Source: an uncultured delta proteobacterium
GTDB taxonomy: Bacteria; Myxococcota_A; Polyangia; Fen-1088
Reading direction: 5' to 3'
NCBI GenBank assembly: GCA_963796685.1
Contig: CAWCMR010000011.1
Coordinates: forward strand, 64,001 to 128,000
DNA length: 64,000 nucleotides
Shown: piece after piece, positions 9,770 through 23,783 of the stretch
How positions within the stretch are numbered: the first letter of the stretch is position 1
Layout: each line of letters opens with the position of its first letter
Program-made: the position numbers and the translations under genes
Notes under the pieces: generated by a model
What the model was told of the DNA's origin: nothing
Databases searched by the model: none
The model's input: only the letters and a program-made list of their open reading frames with translations

Positions 9770-10300
9770 TCAGCCACACGGGCAGCAGTAGAAGATGATG
9801 CCGGCCGGCGTTGGGGCGAACGTCCGGCAGCCGGTCGGTGGAGTGGGGAAGGGCGCGGTGCTCGGCCCGATGGAGCCGCACGCGGCGCCGTACTCGTTGG
9901 CGGCGCATTGGTTCTGGCACGTGCGCGTGACACCGGTCCCCATCGGAATATCCGGGCACGCCGTCGGATCGCTGCTGAGGCAGCCCTGGCCGGCACCACT
10001 CAAGTCCTGGCACGTGACGTAGGCGCGAGCGGCCCGGCACTGCCCGCTCGTCGATGCATCGACCGGGTCGAGGGCGGCGGGCCACTGACAGGCGCTTGCG
10101 GCGGCGTCGAAGTCCGCTGGCCCTGGAGCGCAGGTGGCGCCGCAGCCGCATGCACCCGTGCCTGGCAGAAGACCGTATGGGCAATTCGGGGAAGGAGTGG
10201 CGCAAGGCGGACAAGCTGTCGGGCCGTCCCCGCCACCACATCCGAGGCTGATTGTGTTGCCGAGAAAGATGGCCACCAGGCCTGCCAGCGTGTTCCGCAT
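9770..10300 (-). CDS. Cys-rich lipoprotein
   Basis: Signal peptide ending ISLGC; many Cys residues. Confidence 0.65.
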   Translation of the reverse strand: MRNTLAGLVAIFLGNTISLGCGGGDGPTACPPCATPSPNCPYGLLPGTGACGCGATCAPGPADFDAAASACQWPAALDPVDASTSGQCRAARAYVTCQDLSGAGQGCLSSDPTACPDIPMGTGVTRTCQNQCAANEYGAACGSIGPSTAPFPTPPTGCRTFAPTPAGIIFYCCPCG

Positions 10301-10673
10301 CGTAAAACTCCGGTTGTACGTTCATATCAGCAAGTGGTGTGCCACTAGCCGCGTGGACGATCTCTGGTCGCCTTCCCAAGAATTCTCGGTCTTGCCGCTG
10401 CGTCAGCACCTCAGAATCCTGAGGCTTCCAGGGGAGCCTCACGAGTATTTGCACTTCACCAAGGTCAGTCGATTCCGTGCCCGTGGCTTGGGAGCCAGAG
10501 CGGGCACGAAATCGACATAGACGCATTTTGGTGCCGCGTGGTCGCTGCTAGAGCACCGAACGGGTTGAAAGTGCCGAGAATTCAAGAAGTTGCTACGCAC
10601 GTGCACGCTCCGATCCCCTCGCCCCGCGCAGCGGGGAGAGGGCTAGGGTGAGCATCTGTGTTCCTAGTCAAGG

Positions 10674-13923
<3,250 letters not shown>

Positions 13924-14136
13924 CGAGGGGGGACCGGGGGACTGCGAGCGAGAGCGAGCCAGTCCCCCGTAAGATACAAGGGGCCAGCGCACTCTCTCGC
14001 ATGGCCGAACCCCTCACCCGACGCGCTTCGCGCGTCGACCTCTCCCCGCTGCGCGGGGCGAGGTGAATCTTCCGAGTACCTCGCAAGCTCTCGATTCTGC
14101 ACAGCATTCAACCCGTTCGGTGCTCTAGGGTGTGAC

Positions 14137-16131
14137 TTACTTCGCGACCTTCATAACGGCCTTTGCACCACCGTTGCTCCAGTACACGGCCCGGCTGTCG
14201 ACGGCGATGTCTTGAACGTCGCCTTGCAAGGAGTTTACCAGAACGGTCACGTCGCCGCCCGCTTTGGGAACGCGTCTGATGGAGCCGCGATAGGCGCCGA
14301 AGTAGACGTCGGTATCGTCGACGGCCAGTGCGTATCCGCCACTTTGTCCGGACGCCAAGGTCACCATCGCGCCACCGGACTGAGAAACCTCGAGAACCAA
14401 ACCGGACCTGAGCATGGTCCAGTAGACGTTGGTCGTGTCCGCAGCAATGGCCCAACCATCGCTCAAGTTGTTGGCAAGCTTGGCCAGCGTGACCGGCGTG
14501 CCACCGGAGAGCGGGATCATCATGACGGTGTCGTAGCCACCGGCGTATTTGAGAAAGAAGATGCCAGTCGACGTGACGGTCAATCGATAGGGATTGTATT
14601 GAGCCGACACCAGCGTCCCGACCCCCGCGTCGGGAGTGCTGCCGTCGGTGGGCCACTCGTACACGCCGCCGCCCCGGGTGTCGTCCACCGGCTTGGTCCA
14701 ATACACGAAGCCGCCGTAGACCGCGACGCCCATGTAGTCCCCACCTGATGCCAAGGTGGTCGAGGTGCCACCTCCGGCCAGGGAAACTCTCTTGACCGAG
14801 CCCCCGGGAGAGCGCGTGGTGAAGTAGGCGTTCTGCGAGTCGATCGCCAGCGCGAAGGGCCCAAACACACCGGAGCCCGCGATCTCGGTTGGTCCTCCCG
14901 CGGTGGGCTGCTTCCTCAGGGTGCCGTCCGGAAGGTTGCCCCAATAGACGTTGGTCTCGTCCACGGCGACGGGCCCGTAGTCGCCTTCGCCGCTGGCCAG
15001 GGTGATCGGGTCGCACCACCCATCCACGCACGCCGCCCCCAGGCACCCATGTCCGCACGCGCCGCAGTTGCTCGAATCGGACTGGAAATCCACACAGGTC
15101 CCGTCACAGGCGTTCTTGCACGCGCAGGTGCCGGCCCGGCAGGTGTGAACCGAGTCGCACGCGAAGGAGGAGCCGCACCCACCGCAGTTGTGGTCGTCGC
15201 TTTGGAAATTGGCGCAATTGCCGTTGCAGACGTCATAGCCCGGATCACAGAGGATCGTGCAAGTGCCGTTCACGCAGGCGCCGGCGCCATGGTCGAAGTT
15301 GTTGGGACAGGTCTTGCCGCAAGCGCCGCAGTTGCGCACCTCGGTCGCCGTGTTCGCGCAAGCGTAGGAACACTCGGTCGGGGCCCAGGCGGGACAACCG
15401 TCCGAGCAGGCATAGCCCTGAAAATCGGAGGTGGGGGCGCAGGTCGCGGTTGCGCCGGTGCAGAAAGTGTTGCAGCTGCCACAAAAGTTATACTGCGCAA
15501 GATTGAAGGAGCACCCTTGCCCCTCGTTGAAGCAGTCGCCGTAGGGGAATGCGCATTCGTACACGCACTTTCCTGCCGCGCAGGTGAGGCCTTTGAGCGA
15601 AATGTTGGGTAGTTTGGTGCAATCGTTGCTGCACGAGCCACAGGTGCGAGGATCGTCGCGTGCGAAACAGCCGGCATCGCAAATCAGGCTGTTGCTGGAA
15701 CAGATTCCCGAGCGCGTGTCCGCCGCAGCATCGCTGCCGAGGGGAGCATCGGCGACAGGGCCATCGGGCCTGGCGTCCGGCCCGCTGGGTCCGTCGCTGC
15801 CCGGGCTCGCAATCGAGCCATCCGACGCGTCGGCAAGCGTCCCGTCCGTAGAGCCCGCCAGCGCCACGTCGGCGGTGGGCACATCCATCTTGCCAACATC
15901 AAAAGCGCCATCTGCGCCCGCGGTCGGCGCCGCATCGGTCGTAGGCAAAACCGATGCGCCGTCGCCCGCCTCACCATCGGGAAGCGGATTCGCTCCGACT
16001 TCCGAGCCCGGAACCATTCCGCTGTCCGCTTGGTCCGCGGCCACATCGCGAGCGTCGAATCCCGCCCCGGGGTGGGTGCTCGTGGAGCAGGCGATGACCG
16101 GCAGGAACAGTAAAGCGATTGTTTTGCGCAT
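14137..16131 (-). CDS. Lipoprotein with Cys-rich DxxNCGxCGxxC repeats and C-terminal beta-propeller
   Basis: Lipobox MRKTIALLFLPVIAC; Asp/Ala/Gly linker; repeated AVD.T.VYW blades. Confidence 0.8.
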   Translation of the reverse strand: MRKTIALLFLPVIACSTSTHPGAGFDARDVAADQADSGMVPGSEVGANPLPDGEAGDGASVLPTTDAAPTAGADGAFDVGKMDVPTADVALAGSTDGTLADASDGSIASPGSDGPSGPDARPDGPVADAPLGSDAAADTRSGICSSNSLICDAGCFARDDPRTCGSCSNDCTKLPNISLKGLTCAAGKCVYECAFPYGDCFNEGQGCSFNLAQYNFCGSCNTFCTGATATCAPTSDFQGYACSDGCPAWAPTECSYACANTATEVRNCGACGKTCPNNFDHGAGACVNGTCTILCDPGYDVCNGNCANFQSDDHNCGGCGSSFACDSVHTCRAGTCACKNACDGTCVDFQSDSSNCGACGHGCLGAACVDGWCDPITLASGEGDYGPVAVDETNVYWGNLPDGTLRKQPTAGGPTEIAGSGVFGPFALAIDSQNAYFTTRSPGGSVKRVSLAGGGTSTTLASGGDYMGVAVYGGFVYWTKPVDDTRGGGVYEWPTDGSTPDAGVGTLVSAQYNPYRLTVTSTGIFFLKYAGGYDTVMMIPLSGGTPVTLAKLANNLSDGWAIAADTTNVYWTMLRSGLVLEVSQSGGAMVTLASGQSGGYALAVDDTDVYFGAYRGSIRRVPKAGGDVTVLVNSLQGDVQDIAVDSRAVYWSNGGAKAVMKVAK

Positions 16132-16190
16132 GCACGCTCCCCTTGAGGTAAGGGCATGGTAACACGCCGTCCTCGGCGTCCACGAGCCCT

Positions 16191-16508
16191 TCATGTCCTT
16201 CGCGCTCGAAGCTCCGCTACAAGGCCAAGAAGTGCGCCGAACGGAATGCCAAGAAAGGAGAGGTTCATCAGCATCGAGATGTTCCTGGCAAGAACCGCGG
16301 CCCTCTGCGCGGCGGGCGTGGCGCCGAGCCGGAGCGATGATGCCCCAACCAGAAGGAGGACCGTGACGACAAAGAGAACAACGCCGCCGAACAGCCTCAA
16401 GGCCGAGACCTTCCATCTCCGGCGAAACAGCCCGACAAAACCACGGACGACGGTGAACGCCGATCCAGCGAGCAAGAAGCCGAGTGCTGTGCCAATTGCG
16501 AGATGCAT
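16191..16508 (-). CDS. Small membrane protein (gene cassette)
   Basis: Three hydrophobic helices; ATG just after an attC-like site. Confidence 0.55.
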   Translation of the reverse strand: MHLAIGTALGFLLAGSAFTVVRGFVGLFRRRWKVSALRLFGGVVLFVVTVLLLVGASSLRLGATPAAQRAAVLARNISMLMNLSFLGIPFGALLGLVAELRARRT

Positions 16509-16516
16509 GGTCGTCC

Positions 16517-16572
16517 GCCCAGCGGTTTGCCGTTCGGCAGCGCTTCGACGTCTTGCTGGCCAGCAGTTCACC
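16517..16572 (-). other. Degenerate attC site
   Basis: Right arm gcgctgccgaacggcaaaccGCTgggc resembles that of 17513-17618; GTT mutated. Confidence 0.45.
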
Positions 16573-17497
16573 TCACCGGCACCTCGGACCGGCAGACAAC
16601 CGCATCGTCGCCGTTCTCAAGAGCGAGAAGACGAATCGCATCCACGGAGAGGGGCGAGGAATGACCTACGATTATCTCCTTGATCAGTCCCTGCCCACCA
16701 GCGCCGAAGTTGAGCTGCTCATATGGAATGATGCGGTCGCCAGACTTACGGAACTTGACGGGCCCATTTCGGGTGCCCTTGGTAAGCCGCTGTCCGTTCT
16801 GCGAGATGTCGTGTGCCACCATGCGCCACTCGTCCTCGTCGGAAAATGATGGATGCTTCATCAAGACGGCGAGCATTCGAACGTACAGGGAAGTGAAGTA
16901 TGCAGTCATCCTGGCGGTTCTGCCCAGCTCGTCCACGGTGAGGTGCCTCTCCTCAGACGCAATCGCTGAGGCTCCAGCCTGGAAAAGCCTCAGCATACTT
17001 GCCCTCTGTGCCTGTTCTGTGTAGTCGACTTTGAAAAGGTCATAGTTGACTGTTGCAGCCAGCGATGGAGAGAAGCCAATCGCCACACCGTGGCCTGAAC
17101 GTCCGTAATGCAACCATTGTCCGCTCTTCACGGGTCGCCCGCAAAACGAAACCACGTACGGTGCCAGTTCCGCCTGGGTTAGATTCGGCGCAATTGGCGA
17201 GCCTTTGAGATACTCCAGGATGGAGGAATGGTACAGCGTGGCAGTGTCGCTCTTGCCCCATTCTTGAAGCAAACCCACGGCTAGCTCAACTCCGTAGCGG
17301 ACTTCGAGGGAGTCGTTCAATGTCGTCGCTAGAGAAGCCCAAAGGAACCTGTTCTGGACAATATTCAGGAGGGCTTCACTGTCGGTGAGGTGATAGATGA
17401 TGTCCGGTGGCCTGTCCCTACCGCCGCCCTCTCGGACAGCAGTCAAGCAAGCAAGGATCAGGTTGTCCTTGTAGTTCGATATCCATTCTGGAGTCAC
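16568..17497 (-). CDS. DUF2971-family protein (gene cassette)
   Basis: IYHLT, LNDSLE, SFC...QWLHYG...GVAIGF, KHPSFSDEDEWR motifs; AGGAGG RBS before GTG. Confidence 0.8.
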   Translation of the reverse strand: MTPEWISNYKDNLILACLTAVREGGGRDRPPDIIYHLTDSEALLNIVQNRFLWASLATTLNDSLEVRYGVELAVGLLQEWGKSDTATLYHSSILEYLKGSPIAPNLTQAELAPYVVSFCGRPVKSGQWLHYGRSGHGVAIGFSPSLAATVNYDLFKVDYTEQAQRASMLRLFQAGASAIASEERHLTVDELGRTARMTAYFTSLYVRMLAVLMKHPSFSDEDEWRMVAHDISQNGQRLTKGTRNGPVKFRKSGDRIIPYEQLNFGAGGQGLIKEIIVGHSSPLSVDAIRLLALENGDDAVVCRSEVPVR

Positions 17498-17512
17498 CTT
17501 AGCCTCCTGTCT

Positions 17513-17618
17513 GGCCAACGCTTTGGCGTTCGGCAGCGAGCCCGCCGCACGAGCGGTTCGTTGATGTTACTCAGACTTCCCTGCGGCGGGATCGTCAGTC
17601 TGCAACGGCATGTTAAGT
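17513..17618 (-). other. attC site (intact R boxes)
   Basis: Minus strand acttAAC atgccgttgcagactgac...ctcgctgccgaacgccaaagc GTTggcc; imperfect palindrome, 106 bp. Confidence 0.8.
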
Positions 17619-17643
17619 TAATTAGACTAGCCACTGGAGCGCC

Positions 17644-18589
17644 TCAGCCTGCCCGTGTCCAGGCGTGCCCGAGCTTGTAGGCCAGATCGGGATCTCGAAT
17701 CTCACGGAACAAGCCGAGCTTTCGCAAGAAGGCGGCTCCGGGCACAAGGCGGATGATGGCCGAGAGAGTTCGAGGGCGTGCCCATTTCTTGATCTCGACG
17801 AAGATCATGGACCGTGAGCCTCGCGCCGAACGGTATCTGCGGATGGAAAGGACTCGCTGGCGCTTCCACAGAAATCCTCGCGGTGCCGATCTTTGTGCAC
17901 ATCATGACCCTGGTCCCAGGACGGAGACCGGCAGGAAGGTCGCCGGTCCACCGAAACGTTTCGATTGTGAATTTGTTCGGATCTTCCAACATCTCTTGGG
18001 CGTCAATCGAGCCCTTCTCTTCAACTTCTTGGTCGAAAGAGTCATAGTCGATCCTTCCCAGCTTTATCGCGCTCAGGTAGGACTGGGCAGGAAGTCGTCG
18101 TTGGCCCTTGCGTGTCCCAGTAGCGATCCTTGGCGGCTTATAGAGTACGACCTTCCCGCCGGCGAACTGAAGTCCGACTTGGTCGCCTCGAAGGGATTTT
18201 ACGAAGCGGGTTGCCGCCGCGACGAACCGAATATCGTCGCACTCGCACACAGCCTCGATCAAGTGGTTCGCCGAATGATTGGAAACGTTGGTCGAGCCGA
18301 CGATGGCGCGATTCCCGAATGCAAATACCTTGGGGTGAAGGTTCGCGACAGCGTGAACCTCTACTTTGAGTCGAAGATACTTAACGACCTCCTTCGGATC
18401 GACAAGGCCACTCTTGAACGCACCATCGTCAAATCGGGTCACCAACAGATCTCCGCTACGAAGGGGTAGGCGCTGCGCAGCCCCGGCGCCGAGGTACGGA
18501 ACGGCAGCAACCGCCGGCCCTCGGCGTTGGCTTCGAGCCAACTTGGTAAGTCTGGTCCAGGCTGTGTCCGTGCGCAGCGCAAGCATCAT
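17644..18589 (-). CDS. Phospholipase D-like nuclease domain protein (cassette; frameshift near 17858)
   Basis: LHPKVFAFGNRAIVGSTN HKD-like motif; shifted frame continues RVLSIRRYR...GHAWTRAG* to just before the attC. Confidence 0.65.
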
Positions 18590-18608
18590 GTGAGAGCCTC
18601 CTTGGTCC

Positions 18609-18695
18609 GTCGAACGCCTTGCCGTTCAGTGGTCTGGGCCACCAAACCGACGCTTCGATTCTACACCGACGCCTCCACGGCAACCACCATCTGGC
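18609..18695 (-). other. Degenerate attC site
   Basis: Right arm ccactgaacggcaaggcGTTcgac, partly paired by ttgccgt; left boundary uncertain. Confidence 0.5.
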
Positions 18696-18736
18696 GGTCG
18701 CTCGCATGATACCTGAGTTTCGACCACGGTGGAATC

Positions 18737-18841
18737 GATCAACGCCTTGCCATGCAGCAGCGGGGGTGCCGCCAAGGCCACCTCCTCGATCCCATGCGAT
18801 GTCCCTGCGGCACCACCGTCTTCTGCAATGGGATGTTAGAT
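18737..18841 (-). other. attC site (intact AAC/GTT)
   Basis: Minus strand atctAAC atcccattgcagaagacggtggtgccg...cggcacccccgctgctgcatggcaaggc GTTgatc. Confidence 0.75.
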
Positions 18842-18847
18842 TAGGCC

Positions 18848-19150
18848 TCACGCAGGTCCGGAGCGCCAGGTCTTCCTCAACCACTCGAACATGTCCCGCG
18901 TCGGACCAGCGGGCCCTTTGCCGGACCAATTCACAGGCTTGACCTCCATGACCAGGACACGAGCACTAGGGGCCACCGCTGTCAGAGCATCGCGGAGGTC
19001 GCTGGCGGACAACTTGTCTGAGGAGTCGGCCACCAACCATGTTCCTCCAATCCAATGCCACCAACCATAGGTCTGCGCTCGGAGGTAGGCTATGAAACGC
19101 TGTTGACTTGGCGGCGGAAAATTGGATGCGCCGACGACAAAGTGCCGCAT
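18848..19150 (-). CDS. Small protein, Cas2/ferredoxin-like 'SinR family'-type (cassette)
   Basis: GWWHWIGGTWLV...SASDLRDAL...VLVMEV...WSG...EWL pattern; translationally coupled to upstream gene. Confidence 0.55.
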   Translation of the reverse strand: MRHFVVGASNFPPPSQQRFIAYLRAQTYGWWHWIGGTWLVADSSDKLSASDLRDALTAVAPSARVLVMEVKPVNWSGKGPAGPTRDMFEWLRKTWRSGPA

Positions 19151-19530
19151 TACTTGTCCTCCTTCTCATCGTCTGCTGACGCGAGCAAGAGGGGAACGGT
19201 GTCATCGTCTTCTTCCTCTATAGCGCTGCCTCCGCTATCGCCGAAGAGCCCCTTCTCTATGGCCATCTTCTGGACGAGATAGGTTTCCGAACGAAGGGCA
19301 TCCTTGTCTTTGAATAGGAGGTACAGATAGGCAAACAGGTAGAGGACGACCGAGATGCCGGCGCCTGCGGCAAAGAGCCCGATCACCCATCCGGGCGCCT
19401 TGGCGTGGACCGTTGCGACCGTTCCGGATGTAAGAATCGCGGTCATCCACCCGATCGGCTTGAGAGCCGTGGACCTTGCGCCCGAGGCGGAATTCTGCTC
19501 AAGGAGAGCTCGAAGAAAGTGTTTTCCCAT
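19150..19530 (-). CDS. Two-TM hypothetical protein (cassette)
   Basis: Two hydrophobic helices then KDKDALRSE; start moved to ATG just after the attC. Confidence 0.6.
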   Translation of the reverse strand: MGKHFLRALLEQNSASGARSTALKPIGWMTAILTSGTVATVHAKAPGWVIGLFAAGAGISVVLYLFAYLYLLFKDKDALRSETYLVQKMAIEKGLFGDSGGSAIEEEDDDTVPLLLASADDEKEDK

Positions 19531-19541
19531 GAGAGTGGTCG

Positions 19542-19682
19542 TGTAGACGTTGCTGTTCAGCGGCGAAGGCTGTAGGTGATGGTCGATAGTAGCACTGCCA
19601 GGGCCGTGCGGCGGCCACCGCGTGACCCCGGCTCGTTGAACTTCGACCGAGAGTTGACAGGCCTTCGTCCGCTGCAACGGCT

Positions 19683-19688
<6 letters not shown>
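19542..19688 (-). other. attC site with mutated R boxes
   Basis: ggctAAA gccgttgcagcggacgaaggc...gccttcgccgctgaacagcaac GTC; L boxes canonical. Confidence 0.65.
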
Positions 19689-21004
<1,316 letters not shown>

Positions 21005-21044
21005 CGGCCATTCTTCCTTTCTTCATCAAGAGATAAGTCCCGTC

Positions 21045-21075
21045 TGCCTACGAGCGCTGCAACGCCGGGTTAGAC
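21045..21075 (-). other. Internally deleted attC (left arm only)
   Basis: gtctAACccggcgttgcagcg; upstream ORF reads into it (SNPALQRS*). Confidence 0.55.
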
Positions 21076-22781
21076 GTCGCCGTGGCTTGATTGCGAAAGC
21101 CCCGGTTGATGGCGCGCGCCAGCTCATAGAATCGCCTGAAGTGATCTTCGCCCGGCCGGGCTTCCTTCTTGAACTCCTGAAGGTATAGCTTCTTCAGGTG
21201 ATTGTTAGCGTCTCTGCGCTCCTCTGTGGTTCCCGAAAGTGCATCTACGAGTTTGGGATTCGCCGCGCGAACCTTCGTCCTAAGCGGCTCGGGAAGCAGT
21301 CCCTCGATGCAACGCTGTCCGGCTTCATCCACTCCGACCGCAAGATAGTGTACACGCTCCCGCAGACCAAGGTCCATAAGGCTTTTCTCAACGATCGACT
21401 TCGAGTCGAGATCAAAGGTCACAAAGATCCTGTCGAACCGGTCCTTGATAAACCGGACGATCGATTGATTCTTCAGGGTGTCACGGCCGCCGTAGGAGAA
21501 GACCATTCCATCGAAGGCCAAGCGCGATTCACCGTGGTCCTTGCTTCGAAGCATCTCGATGTACTCCTGGTCAGTATCGCCTTCCACGAGCACCACGGCC
21601 TCAGGTTGGCTGAAGAACAACCCCTTCCACGGTGCAAATGCTTCATCACTGAGCCCAAGGGACAAGGAGAAGGGCTCCATCCACTTTTCGCCGCTGGTGT
21701 CGACTCTCTCGGTTTGGCGCAGCTGCCGACGGACTACTTTGCGCTCCAAGAGGATGTTGGACTCTGGACGTTCCTGGCTCAACAGGTACGGGCTGTGTGT
21801 TGTCACTATGGTCTGTACTCGAAACTCCTCTGCTAGGTCTTGAAGAACCCTGCCGAATTCCGCCTGCGCCAGGGGGTGCAGGAAGCTTTCGGGCTCCTCT
21901 ATCACGATGACCGGAGTCACTTTTGACGAGGAAACCGGCGACTCGGCAACCTGTTTGGCTCTGAACACGGTCAGGAGAATCTGCGTCCTGTTGCGCGTTC
22001 CACTGCCCCAATCGTCCAAGTCTACGTCGAGCTTCTTGTCTCCCAGGGTGATGTTGTAGGGGAAGTGAGACAGGTTGAATGTCGGGCAACTGAGGCGGAC
22101 TTTGTAGCGATCCTTCAACCGACCGAGGAGACTTTCGATCTTCTCCTCCTGTCCGCGCGCGACTCTGCGGAGCACATTGTTGACGCTCTTTTGAGATTTG
22201 TCGAGCTTCTGCGAATGCTCCTCGGAGATATCTCGCAGGGCGCCTCGTGAGCCGCTGTATTGTTCCTCCGGGTCAGTCGAGCTGTGAAACAGAAATGTCG
22301 GTGATGTTCGAAAGCGTTTCAATACCTCTTCGGCTTTGAGGCCATCAAAACGTTGTTTGTTGGCAGTGACTGCTATGGTTTTGGGGCCCTCGGCTGGTTG
22401 TGAAAACGACAACTGCAGGTCAATCTGATCAGGCTTGCCCTCGATGCCGAGGTAGTCGGCAAGGAAGCTGTAGATGCCAGCATCATCCTTGGCGTCGATG
22501 CTGAGAGCAATCTCCAAGGAGATAGAGCGCTTCTTCTGCTCAACGGTTGACCATTTCGTGTAGTCATCCTTGAAGGAGAATCCCAGCCGCTCAGCATAGG
22601 GAAAGGGCAGGCCAGGATAATAGTAGCGGTCCTGGTCGAGGAACAGCCTGCGTATTGCCGTGACGACGTTTGTCTTGCCGGAGTCGTTCCGGCCGCAGAT
22701 CGCCGCGTAGTAGGCAGGAAATGTGAGATCAAGATACTCCAAGGTGCGATACCCGCGGACACCTAGCCGTTCTATTCTCAT
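21048..22781 (-). CDS. OLD-family ATP-dependent nuclease (ABC ATPase + TOPRIM)
   Basis: Walker A GRNDSGKT, Walker B VIEEPESFLHP, TTHSP, TOPRIM LVEGDTD and DLD. Confidence 0.85.
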   Translation of the reverse strand: MRIERLGVRGYRTLEYLDLTFPAYYAAICGRNDSGKTNVVTAIRRLFLDQDRYYYPGLPFPYAERLGFSFKDDYTKWSTVEQKKRSISLEIALSIDAKDDAGIYSFLADYLGIEGKPDQIDLQLSFSQPAEGPKTIAVTANKQRFDGLKAEEVLKRFRTSPTFLFHSSTDPEEQYSGSRGALRDISEEHSQKLDKSQKSVNNVLRRVARGQEEKIESLLGRLKDRYKVRLSCPTFNLSHFPYNITLGDKKLDVDLDDWGSGTRNRTQILLTVFRAKQVAESPVSSSKVTPVIVIEEPESFLHPLAQAEFGRVLQDLAEEFRVQTIVTTHSPYLLSQERPESNILLERKVVRRQLRQTERVDTSGEKWMEPFSLSLGLSDEAFAPWKGLFFSQPEAVVLVEGDTDQEYIEMLRSKDHGESRLAFDGMVFSYGGRDTLKNQSIVRFIKDRFDRIFVTFDLDSKSIVEKSLMDLGLRERVHYLAVGVDEAGQRCIEGLLPEPLRTKVRAANPKLVDALSGTTEERRDANNHLKKLYLQEFKKEARPGEDHFRRFYELARAINRGFRNQATATSNPALQRS

Positions 22782-22963
22782 CGCGACATCATACTACCGA
22801 GGAGACTTGGCCGCGACCCACACGCGAACTCTGACTTACTATTAGTCTGCAGAGACTGCCCCAATATTCCTAGGAGAGCCTCGCGCTAGGTGAGGTCGGT
22901 CCGAGGTTTGGGACAAATGATTCCACGGGGTTGGAATTGTTGGGTCGTCGGACTTCTCGCGCT

Positions 22964-23773
22964 TCACGTGCCATGCGCCCCTCTGACGTCGATGCGACCC
23001 ACGGCGAGCAGGATCCCGAAGATGATGGCTTCGGGGCGTGGGGGGCAGCCGGGGATGAAGACGTCCACTGGCAGGACTTCGGCAACGCCGCCGGCGCTTG
23101 CGTAGCTGCGACCGACGAGGCCACCCGAGGTGGCGCAGGCTCCGACGGCGATGACGATGCGGGGCTCGGGGACGGCCTCGTAGGTGCGGCGCACGGCTGT
23201 CTCCAGATTGCGGGTCACCGGTCCGGTCACGATGACGCCGTCGGCATGGCGAGGCGAAGCGACGAAATCGATGCCGAGGCGGCGGATGTCGTAGACCGGA
23301 TTGAGCAAGGCGGTCAGCTCCCAGTCGCAGGCGTTGCACGAGCCCGAATCGAGATGGCGCAGGGCAAGCGAGCGTCCGAGCGTGCGCCGAATCTGTTCGG
23401 CGACCTCGGCAGCGGGCGGAGGCGGCGGCAGGGCGACCGCTCGGCCGCCACTGTCGCTCTCGACCTCGACCACCAGGCCTTTGCGCTGCCGGCAGGCCAG
23501 CTCGACCTGCCGTCCCAGCTCGATGGCCCCTTCCTGCGAGCGTTCCGCGCAGCGACCACAGAAAATGCAGCGCCCGACATCGATGCCGTAACGCCCGGAC
23601 ACACGCGAAATCGCTCCCGATGGACAGACCGACTCTGGCGGAAGCCCTTCGACCCGGCTGCCAGGGCGAACCGCGGGCGCGCCACGAAACCGCTCGGGCG
23701 GGTGCGCGGGATCCTTCGGGTAACGAATGGTTACCACGCCGGTGCGCAGGCTTCTCAGAATGGCGGTCAGCAT
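22964..23773 (-). CDS. Group 4 hydrogenase small subunit fused to N-terminal ferredoxin (HyfH/HyfI-like)
   Basis: CIFCGRC; GSCNACDWE, ASPRHAD, VGACA, IPGCPP (NuoB-like). Confidence 0.9.
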   Translation of the reverse strand: MLTAILRSLRTGVVTIRYPKDPAHPPERFRGAPAVRPGSRVEGLPPESVCPSGAISRVSGRYGIDVGRCIFCGRCAERSQEGAIELGRQVELACRQRKGLVVEVESDSGGRAVALPPPPPAAEVAEQIRRTLGRSLALRHLDSGSCNACDWELTALLNPVYDIRRLGIDFVASPRHADGVIVTGPVTRNLETAVRRTYEAVPEPRIVIAVGACATSGGLVGRSYASAGGVAEVLPVDVFIPGCPPRPEAIIFGILLAVGRIDVRGAHGT

Positions 23774-23783
23774 GGCAGGGCTT

